DNA of 64,000 bases from a virus: positions 16,432 to 80,431 of the IMG/VR virus record IMGVR_UViG_3300050343_000177. The stretch is one strand, 5' to 3'. Made by a program: the position numbers and the translations under genes. Below, piece by piece: positions 31,421 to 41,839 of the stretch (the first letter of the stretch is position 1; each line of letters starts with the position of its first letter). A model generated the notes under the pieces. It was not told the DNA's origin. It was given only the letters and a program-made list of their open reading frames with translations, and made no database searches.

Positions 31421-32579
31421 CATTAATAAGACCCCTACATAAAGAAGCAGTCCTACTATTCTCCTCTAACAAATTATGAAAATCTCTACTCTCGGCGCTC
31501 GTTCTCTCTGCCGCCTCTGTTTTACCTGTCTCTGCAGGCATTCATGACTTCAATCCTACTAACGCTGCTCCTGTTCCTACAAGAACTAAAGCACAAGTAG
31601 GTCAAGGTCAATGTGTCAGCTACTCGTGACGGCAGCAAGCTTTGCTATCATCAAAACTGCTGCCTCTAGTAATTCTCTATCTGCGATCCTCGATGTTGAT
31701 TATCCTAATGCTACCTCAAGTTGCTCACATTGACTGCAGTACAGGACGCTGGGGTGCCTTCGGTGACCTCCCTAAGGCAACACTCTCGAACTGGTATTTA
31801 GGTCAATTCTGTCCTCACTTATGGTTGATACATTAATGCCCCCTATCGGGGCTTTTGTCAATTCGTGTTCATTCATATATCTAACTATGAACTTTACCTC
31901 TGGATCCCGATCAGAAGCTGTTGGTACACCCGAATACGAAGAGATCTTCCAAGAACAACTATGACAGGCGACGTATGTTGCTTGACATGATCGAAGAAGA
32001 TCGTATGTATTCACAGCTTCAGTACCCCTACCGTGCATTCTCAAACTAAGTATGACTGTACTTATGACTCAGCAAACACTATCCTGTCCTTGCAGTGATC
32101 GGTTCGCTAGGTATCCTCTCAACCGGTGTCATCCTTACGTACTCCTTCGCTCGTAAGGAATCGTATGGTAACCGTAGATACCAATAATAGAACCTCTTGC
32201 CCCCTATCGGGGGCTTTTTTCAATTGTGTCCTTTAGATATTTCTAATGACTACATAGCTTCTTCTTCTAATAAAGAAGCACTTGCTTTCCCTCCAGCTCA
32301 AGTCATTCCTGACAGGTATTATGTTTGTCAAGACTCCATTGACTGGAAACTGCAACTTGAACGCGCACGTGACGGCTGGAATTACATAACGTCGGTCTCG
32401 TTATTGCTCTTATAGGTGAAAAGTTACACGATGCTGGCCGTTGGTTAGCAGAAGTTTGATCAATGATCTACTTCCTTTGTGTAACGATCTTCATCTATGG
32501 CTGATGTTTGATCTCAACTAACAACACTTGCCCCCGATTGGGGGCTTTTTTTCGATCTGTGTTCTTTAGTCTATATCAC

Positions 32580-32980
32580 ATGACTCAATCGTGTATCCCT
32601 GATTCAATCTCTATGTCTGACCTTGAGTCATTCGCTAAGAAGGCTGTAACTCCAGTTGAAGAAGCCTCTTTACGATGGTCTCACTGCAACTGAAGTTCAA
32701 GAGCTTGCTATGGAAACTCTCCGTGGCATGACTCGTAAGTGCAAAGACCCTATGGTCGAAAAATGCATGATGCTTGCTATGGCAATGTCATGGGTTAAAT
32801 GGCACACAGATCTCGCTCAAGAGATTATGCCTGCTACTGCTGACTCTGACACAAGATGAAGCAGCTACTGAGTTTGCTACCTGTCTCCTACGTGATGCTG
32901 GTAAAGCTCAAGCTATCTATACCCTTGTTCATGACATCAGCATGGACAATGACTTCATCTTAGGTCTGATCAGACTCTGA
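32580..32980 (+). CDS. Early cassette protein (frameshifted)
   Basis: Three overlapping fragments between repeat copies. Confidence 0.45.
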
Positions 32981-34416
32981 GTAACAACATTACCCCCTAT
33001 CGGGGGTTTTGTTTCTCTTGTGTTCTTTAGTGCACATTCTTGTGCACCCAACACTCTGTCAAGCGGATCTTCAAGAGTATAAACGCCGAGCTCGCGTGTG
33101 ACACCGCACCGCACGTAAACCTGTCAAACACTGCAAAGTTATCTACAGACTTTCATGCCGAGTAACATGGCAATCTGTGTAGCGACTTACATTCCATATT
33201 AACCTTTGCTTGAATCACTTTCATGGCTAACACTGTTTCTTTTGGGGTTATCGGTTCTACCGGTACTCAGTCCAGGCCAGCAACTAAGTGCTCCCAATCC
33301 CACAATTGTTCATTCAACTGTGGTTGGTAGGAGATCTTTTGGTCAACTTAAGTCACACAAGCCTAATCCGCTGAGGTATTTCACCTCGTGACTCGTCGCA
33401 GGTCTTCTGCTGCATAACATCTAATTCCTCACCTAACGGTGGGATTTTTTTGGTTGCACTTTGCATCTTTTGCATGGCCTCCTACGGCTCTCTATCTTCG
33501 CAAACAAACGCAACGCAATCTTTTCAAAGCGCTGAGTTTGACACTAGACACAGAATTATTACAGCGGGTTCTACTCGTAAAGAAATCAAAGAGCAGTTTG
33601 AACATGCTCTAAAAACGTACACGTTCTTCTGCAAACTCGTCTAACAATATAGATGAGTTCTACGCAATTAATTTTCACGATGGATGTAGTTACTTAAAAC
33701 CAGGGTATTCTAATGATGTATTTGAACGAGTCTCTACATTGATTTCTCGACATGATAATTACAAACTCATCAAAGAAGTCACTGTTTTGCAAATGACTTC
33801 GTTAAATATGGATGCTAAGAGTCTTGAAAAAGTATCTAAGCAAATTCTTCGTCCATTGCTAGCCAATGACTATGGCTATCGTGACGCTTTTAACGACGAC
33901 CACCTCGTTACTATGCCAATAACTGAATTTTACTTTGGAAATTCAGATGTTTTATTTGATAACAGAATCTTTCATGATTTAATTGTTAAAACATACATCT
34001 GGACCAAAAGTATTAGTTTTTAATCAATAACATCCATTGCCCCCTAACGGGGGCTTTCTTTCAGTGTGTTCATCATCAATCGATGGACGTATGTTGTATA
34101 TATACAAAAACATGAACGCTGCAAATATCCTTGACCGTTCCAGAAAAGATTTTACTGACGCTTTACCCGTACACGCTCTAACTTCTCCTCTCACGAAACT
34201 CAAATGGCTTATCAATCAATGCTTCCTATTGCCAAGCAACTCAAGGAAGAATCAGGTACTCGGTTCTCCGTTAAGTATCTGATCAAGGTTTATCAAACAC
34301 CTCAAGCCCTTCAGCACAAGCTGACCTGGGTTCGTGGTTGTAAAGCCTCTGTTGGATGACATCAATTGCCCCCTATATGGGGGCTTTTTTCATCTGTGTC
34401 CATTATTAATAATTAA

Positions 34417-34701
34417 ATGTCTAACACGAACTTCAACGCTGTTCTCTTCAACGGCAACAACAGTAATCCTAGAGCTCCTCAGCTTTCTGGATTTGTATCA
34501 ATCCCTGTATCACAAGTTGATCAAGTGATTGCACTATTGCAAGCACAGCGTCGTTTTTCTGACAACGGTGTTGAAACTGTGCGTCTTCCTCTGTCCTTCT
34601 GGCAAGCACAAGGAAAGGCACCGCTTGCTTATAAGGGCCAAAGTTCATTCTGGACTGGCACTTCCGTTCCTGCAGTAGACCCAACTCCAGCTGTCGCTTG
34701 A
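34417..34701 (+). CDS. DUF736-like small OB-fold / ssDNA-binding-like protein
   Basis: LF...NPRAPQLSG...LSFW pattern. Confidence 0.45.
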   Translation: MSNTNFNAVLFNGNNSNPRAPQLSGFVSIPVSQVDQVIALLQAQRRFSDNGVETVRLPLSFWQAQGKAPLAYKGQSSFWTGTSVPAVDPTPAVA

Positions 34702-34765
34702 GTCTTTTCCCTCCTAACGGAGGGATTTTTTCTTATCCTTAAGTAAACAACAGCCGTATCAGACA

Positions 34766-35041
34766 ATGCCTACTACAGCTCCAACTAAAACTAAAACTAT
34801 CCCTACTGTCACACCTGATTCATATGAGTGGCACACCTGTGCTGACGGCCAGTATCGCGTAGTTCAAACTCGATTTGGTCTATACAAAAGTGTTGACAAG
34901 CTAAATAATGATCTCATTACTGGATTAACTGAAGAAGCAATTCACAATTGCACTCCTCTGCATTTACTGGCACAGCAGCCTGACTATGACAAACGTTACG
35001 ATACCGTTATAGGTAAAGCTACTGTGACACCTGACTTATGA
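34766..35041 (+). CDS. Hypothetical protein, paralog of 35434..35709
   Basis: Shared YRVVxTRFGLYKSxDK..NDLITGLTE..IH.CTPLHLLAQQPDYD. Confidence 0.75.
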   Translation: MPTTAPTKTKTIPTVTPDSYEWHTCADGQYRVVQTRFGLYKSVDKLNNDLITGLTEEAIHNCTPLHLLAQQPDYDKRYDTVIGKATVTPDL

Positions 35042-35433
35042 ATCCAGAAAAACAATTAAAGAAACTAGCGAAAACTTACAAGGTATCGATGCAGTTCACT
35101 TGAGAACTAACGATGCCTACTGGAATCAGCACCCTGAAAAAGTATATAAAGTCCAGCGTTAACTAATATTAACATTGTAAAACTTCGAACTTGGAAATGA
35201 CTCAATCAACTACTTGGGAACAGTTTATCTACGGGATTGTTAACTTTGGAGACTGTTGGTACGCTCGTTTTGATACGGAAAACTGTTGTCGTGAAGATTT
35301 CTGGGAATGGTTATCAACAGGATATTATAGCATGTATGTCTATCCTTATCCAGATAACGATCCTTGGAATTTAGCCGGTCGCGATCCTATGGAATCTGTA
35401 TACAAAAAATGAATTAACACAGGAGAACAACTC

Positions 35434-35709
35434 ATGACAACTGCTACAAAGACTAAAAAGAAAGATATTCTCACTGTTTCTACTGATAACTATGCCTGGT
35501 TCACTTGTGAACACGGCTCCTACCGTGTCGTCGAGACACGCTTTGGCTTATACAAAAGTATTGATAAGCAAGGCAACGACCTTATCACTGGCTTAACTGA
35601 GCAAGCAATTCACGACTGTACTCCCTTACATTTATTGGCACAGCAGCCTGATTACGATGGAAAATATGACACCGTTATCGGTTCTGCATCCGTAACTCCT
35701 GACCTATGA
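35434..35709 (+). CDS. Hypothetical protein, paralog of 34766..35041
   Basis: Shares the same motifs as 34766..35041. Confidence 0.75.
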   Translation: MTTATKTKKKDILTVSTDNYAWFTCEHGSYRVVETRFGLYKSIDKQGNDLITGLTEQAIHDCTPLHLLAQQPDYDGKYDTVIGSASVTPDL

Positions 35710-36154
35710 ATGAACATAAACAATTGAAAAAGCTTGCGAAAACTTACGCTAAAGCTGACTCCTGTGTTGATAGAGACACCGCTCAGAAGCTTATTAAAAA
35801 AGCTACAAAAATCAGAGCTAAATTAGAAAAGTAATTGATATATTAACAGTGCATACCACAACAATTCTTTCCCTTTTCTCTGGCTTTTGTGTCGGCTCTA
35901 TAGCCGCTGCTCTAATCCTTCATTGATACTGTATGAACATAAATATTTCTCTATCTATAGAAGACTACACGATTCTCATTAATGCTCTTCACTACTACAA
36001 GAAAGCAGAGAAGCGCGGCAACTTTCAACAATATGACACTGACCGTATCAATCAACTAAGAGACCATATGGCCTCACAGTTTATGAGTGGCTTCAGTTAA
36101 ACAGCCCTTCCGCCCTATCGGGCGGTTTAGTCGCTTGTGTTCTCTATATTTCCT

Positions 36155-36394
36155 ATGGAACAATCTTATTGCCTCATCTCATCGTTCAACCTCGAACGTA
36201 TTGATGAAATGCTCGTTCGTGCTATCAACATCTGTGGTAGCCCTCGTCCATTCTCTGAAACTACTGAAGAGGATGACTGCACTGCCTCATATGCAGGAGC
36301 TTATGGTTACTCCTATCAGACACTGAAAAGTATCAAAGAGTATATCGATACGGCTCGACCTTATGACCCTTCTATCACTGGCGTTCCGTTCTGA
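36155..36394 (+). CDS. Early cassette protein
   Basis: MEQSYCLISS... after the repeat copy at 36110. Confidence 0.6.
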   Translation: MEQSYCLISSFNLERIDEMLVRAINICGSPRPFSETTEEDDCTASYAGAYGYSYQTLKSIKEYIDTARPYDPSITGVPF

Positions 36395-36450
36395 CTTAAA
36401 TACACAAGCAGGTCACTACTTATTATTTAAGTAGCTAGACTTGCTTTATT

Positions 36451-36522
36451 GGGGCATTAGTGAAACGGTTATCACAATAGATTGTCTATCTATTATTAGC
36501 AGTTCGAATCTGCTATGCCTCG
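36451..36522 (+). tRNA. tRNA-Asp (GTC), CCA not encoded
   Basis: Acceptor GGGGCAT/ATGCCTC, D stem GTGA/TCAC, anticodon stem ATAGA/TCTAT with loop TT-GTC-TA, T arm AGCAG-TTCGAAT-CTGCT, discriminator G. Confidence 0.88.
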
Positions 36523-36540
36523 TTATAAGTACTACTGAAT

Positions 36541-37020
36541 ATGACTAATAAACATAACTGGACTGAATTATTCGAAAGCTTGCCTGACGAAGAGCTAGAT
36601 AAACTAGCCATCCTTCGAATTATTGAAACTTCGAATGGAATTATACAATTCGCCTTCCGCGACAAAACACCTGACGCTCTGTCTGTTGAAGACACCCGCA
36701 AAGCTATGGGATTTAGTATGTCTTCTATCAAACGAATGCAGATTGTTCTCGAAAACGAAACGATTGACTTTGCTGAACCTACCAAAGACATTATGGCATT
36801 GGTTCGCAAATATTATGTAAGCGGTATGAAGCAGGGCTCTGACGAAGATTATGAAGAGTTTCTCCGTTCTTCTCTTGCCTGCTTACAAGCCGTAGGTATA
36901 GAACGTTTGGAACGTGCAAAAGATAAACTCTTTGCGTTTAGCTATGCTATGCCTCCCTATGCATGGGAGTATGGAATGTCTTACTGCCGTAACTTCTTAA
37001 AAGAAGGTTTGCCTACTTAA
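36541..37020 (+). CDS. Hypothetical protein
   Basis: 159 aa ORF. Confidence 0.65.
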   Translation: MTNKHNWTELFESLPDEELDKLAILRIIETSNGIIQFAFRDKTPDALSVEDTRKAMGFSMSSIKRMQIVLENETIDFAEPTKDIMALVRKYYVSGMKQGSDEDYEEFLRSSLACLQAVGIERLERAKDKLFAFSYAMPPYAWEYGMSYCRNFLKEGLPT

Positions 37021-37075
37021 CTGTCATTTAATACTAGATATAATGTCTGTATTAAACATGTAACTTGTTAATATC

Positions 37076-37687
37076 ATGGGAAGGCGTACTGCACATACTG
37101 GACTTAATCGTAATAACGATTTCTACAATAAGTACGGTCAACTTAAGGAGGGCTACAGCTTTACAGGTGGCAATAATATGGTCGCACGTGGCACTGGTGA
37201 CGTTAGTGTTCGCTATGGTGCCGGTAAAGATGGTACAAATTATAAAATAGAGCAACGCACTATTTACGGTAAAGAATCTCAACCTAAAGCTGCTCCTCAA
37301 AAAGCACCGGCTCCTGCCCCTAAATCTAAGCCTAAGCCTAAGCCTAAGCCTGAACCTGAACCTATCAAACACTCACCTGAGATTCAACAAGCTAAAGCAA
37401 GTGTGGCTAAATACAAAAGTGAAATACTTAATGATCAAACATCTAAATCAATGTACGGCAATGATCAAGATTTACTAAGTGCTTACACCCAAGACTTTGA
37501 CGCTCGTAATAGTACTGAAGGAGAGAAGTCTACTCCTAACCTAAACTTAGATTTACCTAATAACGTAGACACTACAGATAACAATTACTTCGCTAATGGC
37601 ACGTTTGACCCTGTCAATAAATCTGACGAAGCAGCACAGAACTTCTTTTCTAACAAAAAGAACCTTGTCCTAAACAACTTCAGATAA
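37076..37687 (+). CDS. Hypothetical protein with HSPEIQQAKA motif
   Basis: PK-rich linker; motif shared with the next gene. Confidence 0.65.
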   Translation: MGRRTAHTGLNRNNDFYNKYGQLKEGYSFTGGNNMVARGTGDVSVRYGAGKDGTNYKIEQRTIYGKESQPKAAPQKAPAPAPKSKPKPKPKPEPEPIKHSPEIQQAKASVAKYKSEILNDQTSKSMYGNDQDLLSAYTQDFDARNSTEGEKSTPNLNLDLPNNVDTTDNNYFANGTFDPVNKSDEAAQNFFSNKKNLVLNNFR

Positions 37688-37718
37688 TTTAGAATAGATA
37701 TATTCTTGTTATTATCCA

Positions 37719-38678
37719 ATGTCTGTATATAAAGGTGAAACTTCCTACAGTGCTAATAAAGATGCAGCACAAGCATTCCTTGACGACAAACTTTCTAAGA
37801 ACAAATACAACTCTTCTAATGACTATTCAACAGAAGGGTTTGACCCCTCTAGCTATACATCCGAGCAACTGAGCTCACTCAATGCCTCTGGTGGTCCAAC
37901 TAAGTTTGGTAAGAAAACGTATAATGTTGTCTCTAATCAAGATGAGATTGATAACTTTAATAATGCACCTAGTACTGCAACAAGTACTTGGGATGGTAAA
38001 AACTATACTCGAAACTCAATGAACTCTGATGATTTGAAAAATCATTTTGGTCTTGCAGACGGTAGTGATGTTGGATCTGGTTTTAATAAATCCACAGGTG
38101 CAACAGATGATAATCAAACCAAAGGAAATGCTTTACTTGGTGAAGGTTATTTGACAGACGATAACTACGAAAAACTTCGCAATTCTGATAAGGTTTGGGA
38201 TGCTTATGCTGCTATGGAAGGGCAAGAAGCTGCTGATGAAAAACGTGAAGGAAATCCTGACGGTCTCTCTATTAATGCACTTGATGGCTTATTTGATAAC
38301 CTGACAGCTAATGCAGACCCTAAAAAAGCTCCTGAACCTATAACTGAAAAAGAAGAAGTCGTTCACTCACCTGAAATCCAACAGGCTAAAGCACGTGTTG
38401 GTAAGTATGAGAACGACATTCTCTCTGGTAAGACTTCACAAGATATCTACGGTGGCGCTGATGATTTTTATACAGACTATCAACTGAAGCTTCAAGGCAC
38501 GCCTAATCCAATAGGTAACAACAGTAACTATCGGTTTGACGATGGCGCACTGAACTTCAACGGCTCTGATATCTCTGCTGATGAAAAACCACCTGCCCCT
38601 GTACAAGCAGCTTCTTCGTTCCTTGCTAATCAAAAGAAAAAAGCTATCAAAGACTTTAACATTAAACCTACGAACTAA
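37719..38678 (+). CDS. Hypothetical protein with HSPEIQQAKA motif
   Basis: 319 aa; TAGAATAG upstream. Confidence 0.65.
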   Translation: MSVYKGETSYSANKDAAQAFLDDKLSKNKYNSSNDYSTEGFDPSSYTSEQLSSLNASGGPTKFGKKTYNVVSNQDEIDNFNNAPSTATSTWDGKNYTRNSMNSDDLKNHFGLADGSDVGSGFNKSTGATDDNQTKGNALLGEGYLTDDNYEKLRNSDKVWDAYAAMEGQEAADEKREGNPDGLSINALDGLFDNLTANADPKKAPEPITEKEEVVHSPEIQQAKARVGKYENDILSGKTSQDIYGGADDFYTDYQLKLQGTPNPIGNNSNYRFDDGALNFNGSDISADEKPPAPVQAASSFLANQKKKAIKDFNIKPTN

Positions 38679-38808
38679 AAACTACAAAACTACGCTAGCT
38701 ACGCTACTTCCTAACCCTTTCTGAAAAAATACATCTATAGAGGGAAGGCCACTGCCTATTAAAAAAGGACTTTATTAGAATCGAGCGTAGTTTGTGTAGC
38801 AGCGTAGT
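38679..38808. repeat. CTAC/GTAG iteron-like element, copy 2
   Basis: 27-bp identity with 25228-25254; inverted GCGTAG/TGTAG units at 38785-38808. Confidence 0.8.
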
Positions 38809-38871
38809 AATTAACTCTATTTCACAATTATACAAATGCTTGTTAGACTAGTCATATCAAGCGATTATAAG

Positions 38872-39269
38872 ATGAAAAAGAAACACAAAAAACTACCTCC
38901 TTTAGAACATTTACTCTCTCTTTATGATTATGACCCCAATACTGGTGGACTATTAAGAAAGGAGCAGAACCCAGTGAGCTCAATGCTATTGGCGCAGTTG
39001 GACTTCTGGAAGAGGATACAAATTACGTGTATGTCAAAAGGATACATTTCCTATTACATCGCATCGTTTACTTTATGTTTCACCGTAAGGACCCTGGTCA
39101 ATATGTGATTGATCACATCAACGGTGACCCTGCAGATAACCGCATTAAGAACTTACGCCGTTGTCGTCAGACAACTAACGCTAAGAACCTACGCAAGAAG
39201 GGTAAGTACGTCGTCGATGACGAAGGCGTTGGTCGCTGGGTCTCTGATGTTGTCAAAGCTGCTGTATAA
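38872..39269 (+). CDS. HNH homing endonuclease (frameshifted)
   Basis: LYDYDPNTG...LHRIVY...IDHINGDPADNRIKNLR. Confidence 0.8.
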
Positions 39270-39364
39270 CTGTAAAACTGTAAAACTGCAGTGCTGTTAA
39301 TGCTTTCCTGATAAATTTCGCACTTTCGGGCTCATTATCCTCATAGAGCTGTAACATATCCTTA

Positions 39365-39559
39365 TTGCTTCTTCGAGGGCTTATCAAACGTATAACTGTG
39401 ATGGTTCCACCGGACATACATAGAGAGCTCAAGCTTCATGCTGTAGCGAACGATACAACTCTCCAAGATTGCATAATGCAAGCCATAAAAGATCATTTAC
39501 AGCACAAATGTAGAACTGTAAATGTGGATTCAAAATGTGCAGAGTCGAACACTAAATAG
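39365..39559 (+). CDS. Ribbon-helix-helix DNA-binding protein
   Basis: KRITVMVPPDIHRELKLHAVANDTTLQDCIMQAI. Confidence 0.65.
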   Translation: MLLRGLIKRITVMVPPDIHRELKLHAVANDTTLQDCIMQAIKDHLQHKCRTVNVDSKCAESNTK

Positions 39560-39593
39560 AGACATTCGACTGTCGCATGTATACCTTCAGATT

Positions 39594-39630
39594 GCCCCCT
39601 ATCGGGGGCTTTATTCGTTTGTGCCCCATT
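39594..39630 (+). repeat. Hairpin + TGTG repeat, outlying copy
   Basis: GCCCCC-TATC-GGGGGC-TTTATTCGTTTGTG upstream of the DUF932 gene. Confidence 0.85.
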
Positions 39631-39657
39631 TGGGGTTTGTCCTATATATGTCAATCA

Positions 39658-40653
39658 ATGTCCCCTGCTAATTTCACATCCGGCTGGCTCGGCAACGGAG
39701 AGCGTGCGTGGCACGGCCAAGGTGTCGTCACCGAAGGCACACTCCCAGCGCGAGAAGCGTTTGAAACAGCGAACGCACTCTTCACTGTCGAGAAACGAGA
39801 GCTTACTTATCCAAAAGAAGTCATCGGACATCCGCTCTCTGACTCAGAAGCTATCCGCTTCACAAGTGAGCCATCAGGTGCCTACGGTCTCGTCCGCACT
39901 GACACCCAAGACTTGCTTGGCATCGTCAGTAAGCAGTACGAAATCGTACAGAACGAAAGTCTCCTACGCATGGCGGAGTTCATCCGCGAAGAGGTTGACA
40001 TGGACACCGTCGTCGTTCTATCAGATGGTGGCAAAGTCTGCTTTACCGCCACACTCCGTGGTGCGACGCAGGACATCGTCCGTGGTGACACAGTCAAACG
40101 CCGCATCGTTGGCTTCCTAGGCCATGACGGTAAGACTGGCTGTGGTGCAATGTTCACCAACATCCGTGTTGTGTGCACTAACACCCTTGCTGCAGCTATG
40201 TCTGCTGCTACTGCAAAAGTGAGCATCCGTCACAAGACTGGTGCTAATGACAACTTCGATCAACTGATTCAGTCAATCGATACTGCACGTGAGACATTCA
40301 ATAATGAAGTCGAACTATTCCGTCAGTTTGCCGAGACACCTATTGAGCAAGCTGACTTCCGTGAACTCTTAGAGCGTGTCTACGCCAGTGAGATTCCTGA
40401 AGATAAGCAGATCGATGACTTACGTAAGTATCCCAAGCTCCGTCGTGCCTATACCGGTGGCTTAGGTCAGCGTGAGTTTGCTCCCTACACCATGTGGAGC
40501 GCAGTCAACAGTATCACTGAAGTAGAAACAAGCACGCAGATTGGAACACGCTCTCAGCAACGTCGTCAATTTGCTAGGGCTAACTTTGGTGGTGGTCTGT
40601 CTATAAGCAGACGTGCTATTCAAGAAGCTGAGGCAATGCTTTCGCTTGTCTAA
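39658..40653 (+). CDS. DUF932 family phage/plasmid protein
   Basis: AWHGQG, VRTDT..LLGIVSKQYEIVQN, HDG, TNIRVVCTNTL, IRH motifs. Confidence 0.85.
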   Translation: MSPANFTSGWLGNGERAWHGQGVVTEGTLPAREAFETANALFTVEKRELTYPKEVIGHPLSDSEAIRFTSEPSGAYGLVRTDTQDLLGIVSKQYEIVQNESLLRMAEFIREEVDMDTVVVLSDGGKVCFTATLRGATQDIVRGDTVKRRIVGFLGHDGKTGCGAMFTNIRVVCTNTLAAAMSAATAKVSIRHKTGANDNFDQLIQSIDTARETFNNEVELFRQFAETPIEQADFRELLERVYASEIPEDKQIDDLRKYPKLRRAYTGGLGQREFAPYTMWSAVNSITEVETSTQIGTRSQQRRQFARANFGGGLSISRRAIQEAEAMLSLV

Positions 40654-40721
40654 TGTGGTCTTTCATTTATACTTTACCTCACTAATTACATTCCAGTTAG
40701 TTAGAATGAGGTATAAGCTAA

Positions 40722-41279
40722 GTGATAATGACTATACGAAAAGGATTTACTGCAGTCTCTGAACAGATACATATAGGTGATACTCGTGATAACTTGACAA
40801 TCATTGACATAACTCAAAAAGTTATGGAACATTGGAAAGATAAACGCAAGTCTCACCAACTTACTATCAAATGTGTCTGTGGTAATACTTATGAAATAGG
40901 TGCTCGACGCTGGCTTAGTGACAAACCTAGCAGTTGTTCCACTTGCTCCCGTAATCACGGTCAAAGCAAGACACAACTTTATAACCTTGTCTCTCACGCT
41001 AAGCGTCGTGCGAAAGATAACAACCTTCCGTTTGACATTACTTGGCGAGACCTTGAGATACCAGACACTTGTCCTCTTCTAGGCATACCAATTACTTCTG
41101 GCAACGGCAAAACTTGCGACACTAGTCCAACTATTGACCGCAAACGTCCAGAACTTGGGTATGTCAAAGGCAATGTGTGGATTATTTCTCACAAGGCTAA
41201 CCGTATGAAATCAGACGCAACCTTTAAAGAAATTCAAACCTTCTATGAAAATTACTACTCAATTCTCAATACGGCCTAG
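40722..41279 (+). CDS. HNH-like homing endonuclease
   Basis: CxCG and CxxC N-terminus; CPLLG...TIDRKRPELGYVKGNVWIISHKANRMK. Confidence 0.75.
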   Translation: MIMTIRKGFTAVSEQIHIGDTRDNLTIIDITQKVMEHWKDKRKSHQLTIKCVCGNTYEIGARRWLSDKPSSCSTCSRNHGQSKTQLYNLVSHAKRRAKDNNLPFDITWRDLEIPDTCPLLGIPITSGNGKTCDTSPTIDRKRPELGYVKGNVWIISHKANRMKSDATFKEIQTFYENYYSILNTA

Positions 41280-41287
41280 TCTCCGTC

Positions 41288-41584
41288 TTGTTTGATATGG
41301 CGTATAAATACAATCACGACCGTTCCCATGACGCTCGTTTACAGAGGTGTCACGAACTAGAGCGTAAATCCTGCCTTCGGGCAAACGCTCGGTTTGTAGT
41401 GATACGTGGCGATGCAGCGTATGACGGTACAGGTGCAGTTTATGACTACTCCTGTCCAAGTCGTCAATTATTCTTTGATGACCTACGTACTGCCCGTGCT
41501 TACGCACATCACGCAAGTGATTTGTGTGACTGTGAATATGGCGTCTATCGATATGAATTTATCGAAGGTGTAAATGTCTGTTAA
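41288..41584 (+). CDS. Hypothetical protein
   Basis: 98 aa ORF. Confidence 0.5.
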   Translation: MFDMAYKYNHDRSHDARLQRCHELERKSCLRANARFVVIRGDAAYDGTGAVYDYSCPSRQLFFDDLRTARAYAHHASDLCDCEYGVYRYEFIEGVNVC

Positions 41585-41602
41585 TTATTTACTCTATAAA
41601 TC

Positions 41603-41839
41603 ATGAAAATCAAGATTATGTATGACGTTGTTACGTCATTTGTTCTTACTGTCGAACGTGATGAACTTCCTGAAGATCACGACGAACTGCTTGAGTCAGT
41701 GACTCGTGCTGAGCTTGCTGATTGTCCTATGGAGGTCCACGAGATTGAATGGGACAACCTTAAAGAAGCTTGGCGTTCTTCTACCTCGGATAACACAACT
41801 GTGATGGATGAGGACGAAAGCATTGATTACTACAAATAA
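41603..41839 (+). CDS. Acidic hypothetical protein
   Basis: 78 aa ORF. Confidence 0.55.
   Translation: MKIKIMYDVVTSFVLTVERDELPEDHDELLESVTRAELADCPMEVHEIEWDNLKEAWRSSTSDNTTVMDEDESIDYYK

Larger units (their letters stand above)
26902..36145 (+). repeat. Dispersed intergenic hairpin + YGTG repeat preceding small early genes (about 23 copies in this span)
   Basis: Consensus (TAACA..CTAT)GGCCCC-TAAC-GGGGCC-TTTATTTCATTGTGTTCTTTA; stems start near 26902, 27097, 27285, 27489, 27959, 28165, 28369, 28654, 28936, 29167, 29513, 29942, 30373, 30575, 31838, 32199, 32530, 32992, 33426, 34039, 34368, 34708, 36110. Confidence 0.95.

Noticed and set aside
26902-36145. CRISPR array interpretation of the hairpin repeats
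   Set aside because: Spacers are 150 to over 1000 bp, variable and protein-coding; repeats are degenerate; no cas genes.
37325-37362. AAGCCT / GAACCT tandem repeat
   Set aside because: Simply encodes a Pro-Lys/Pro-Glu linker.
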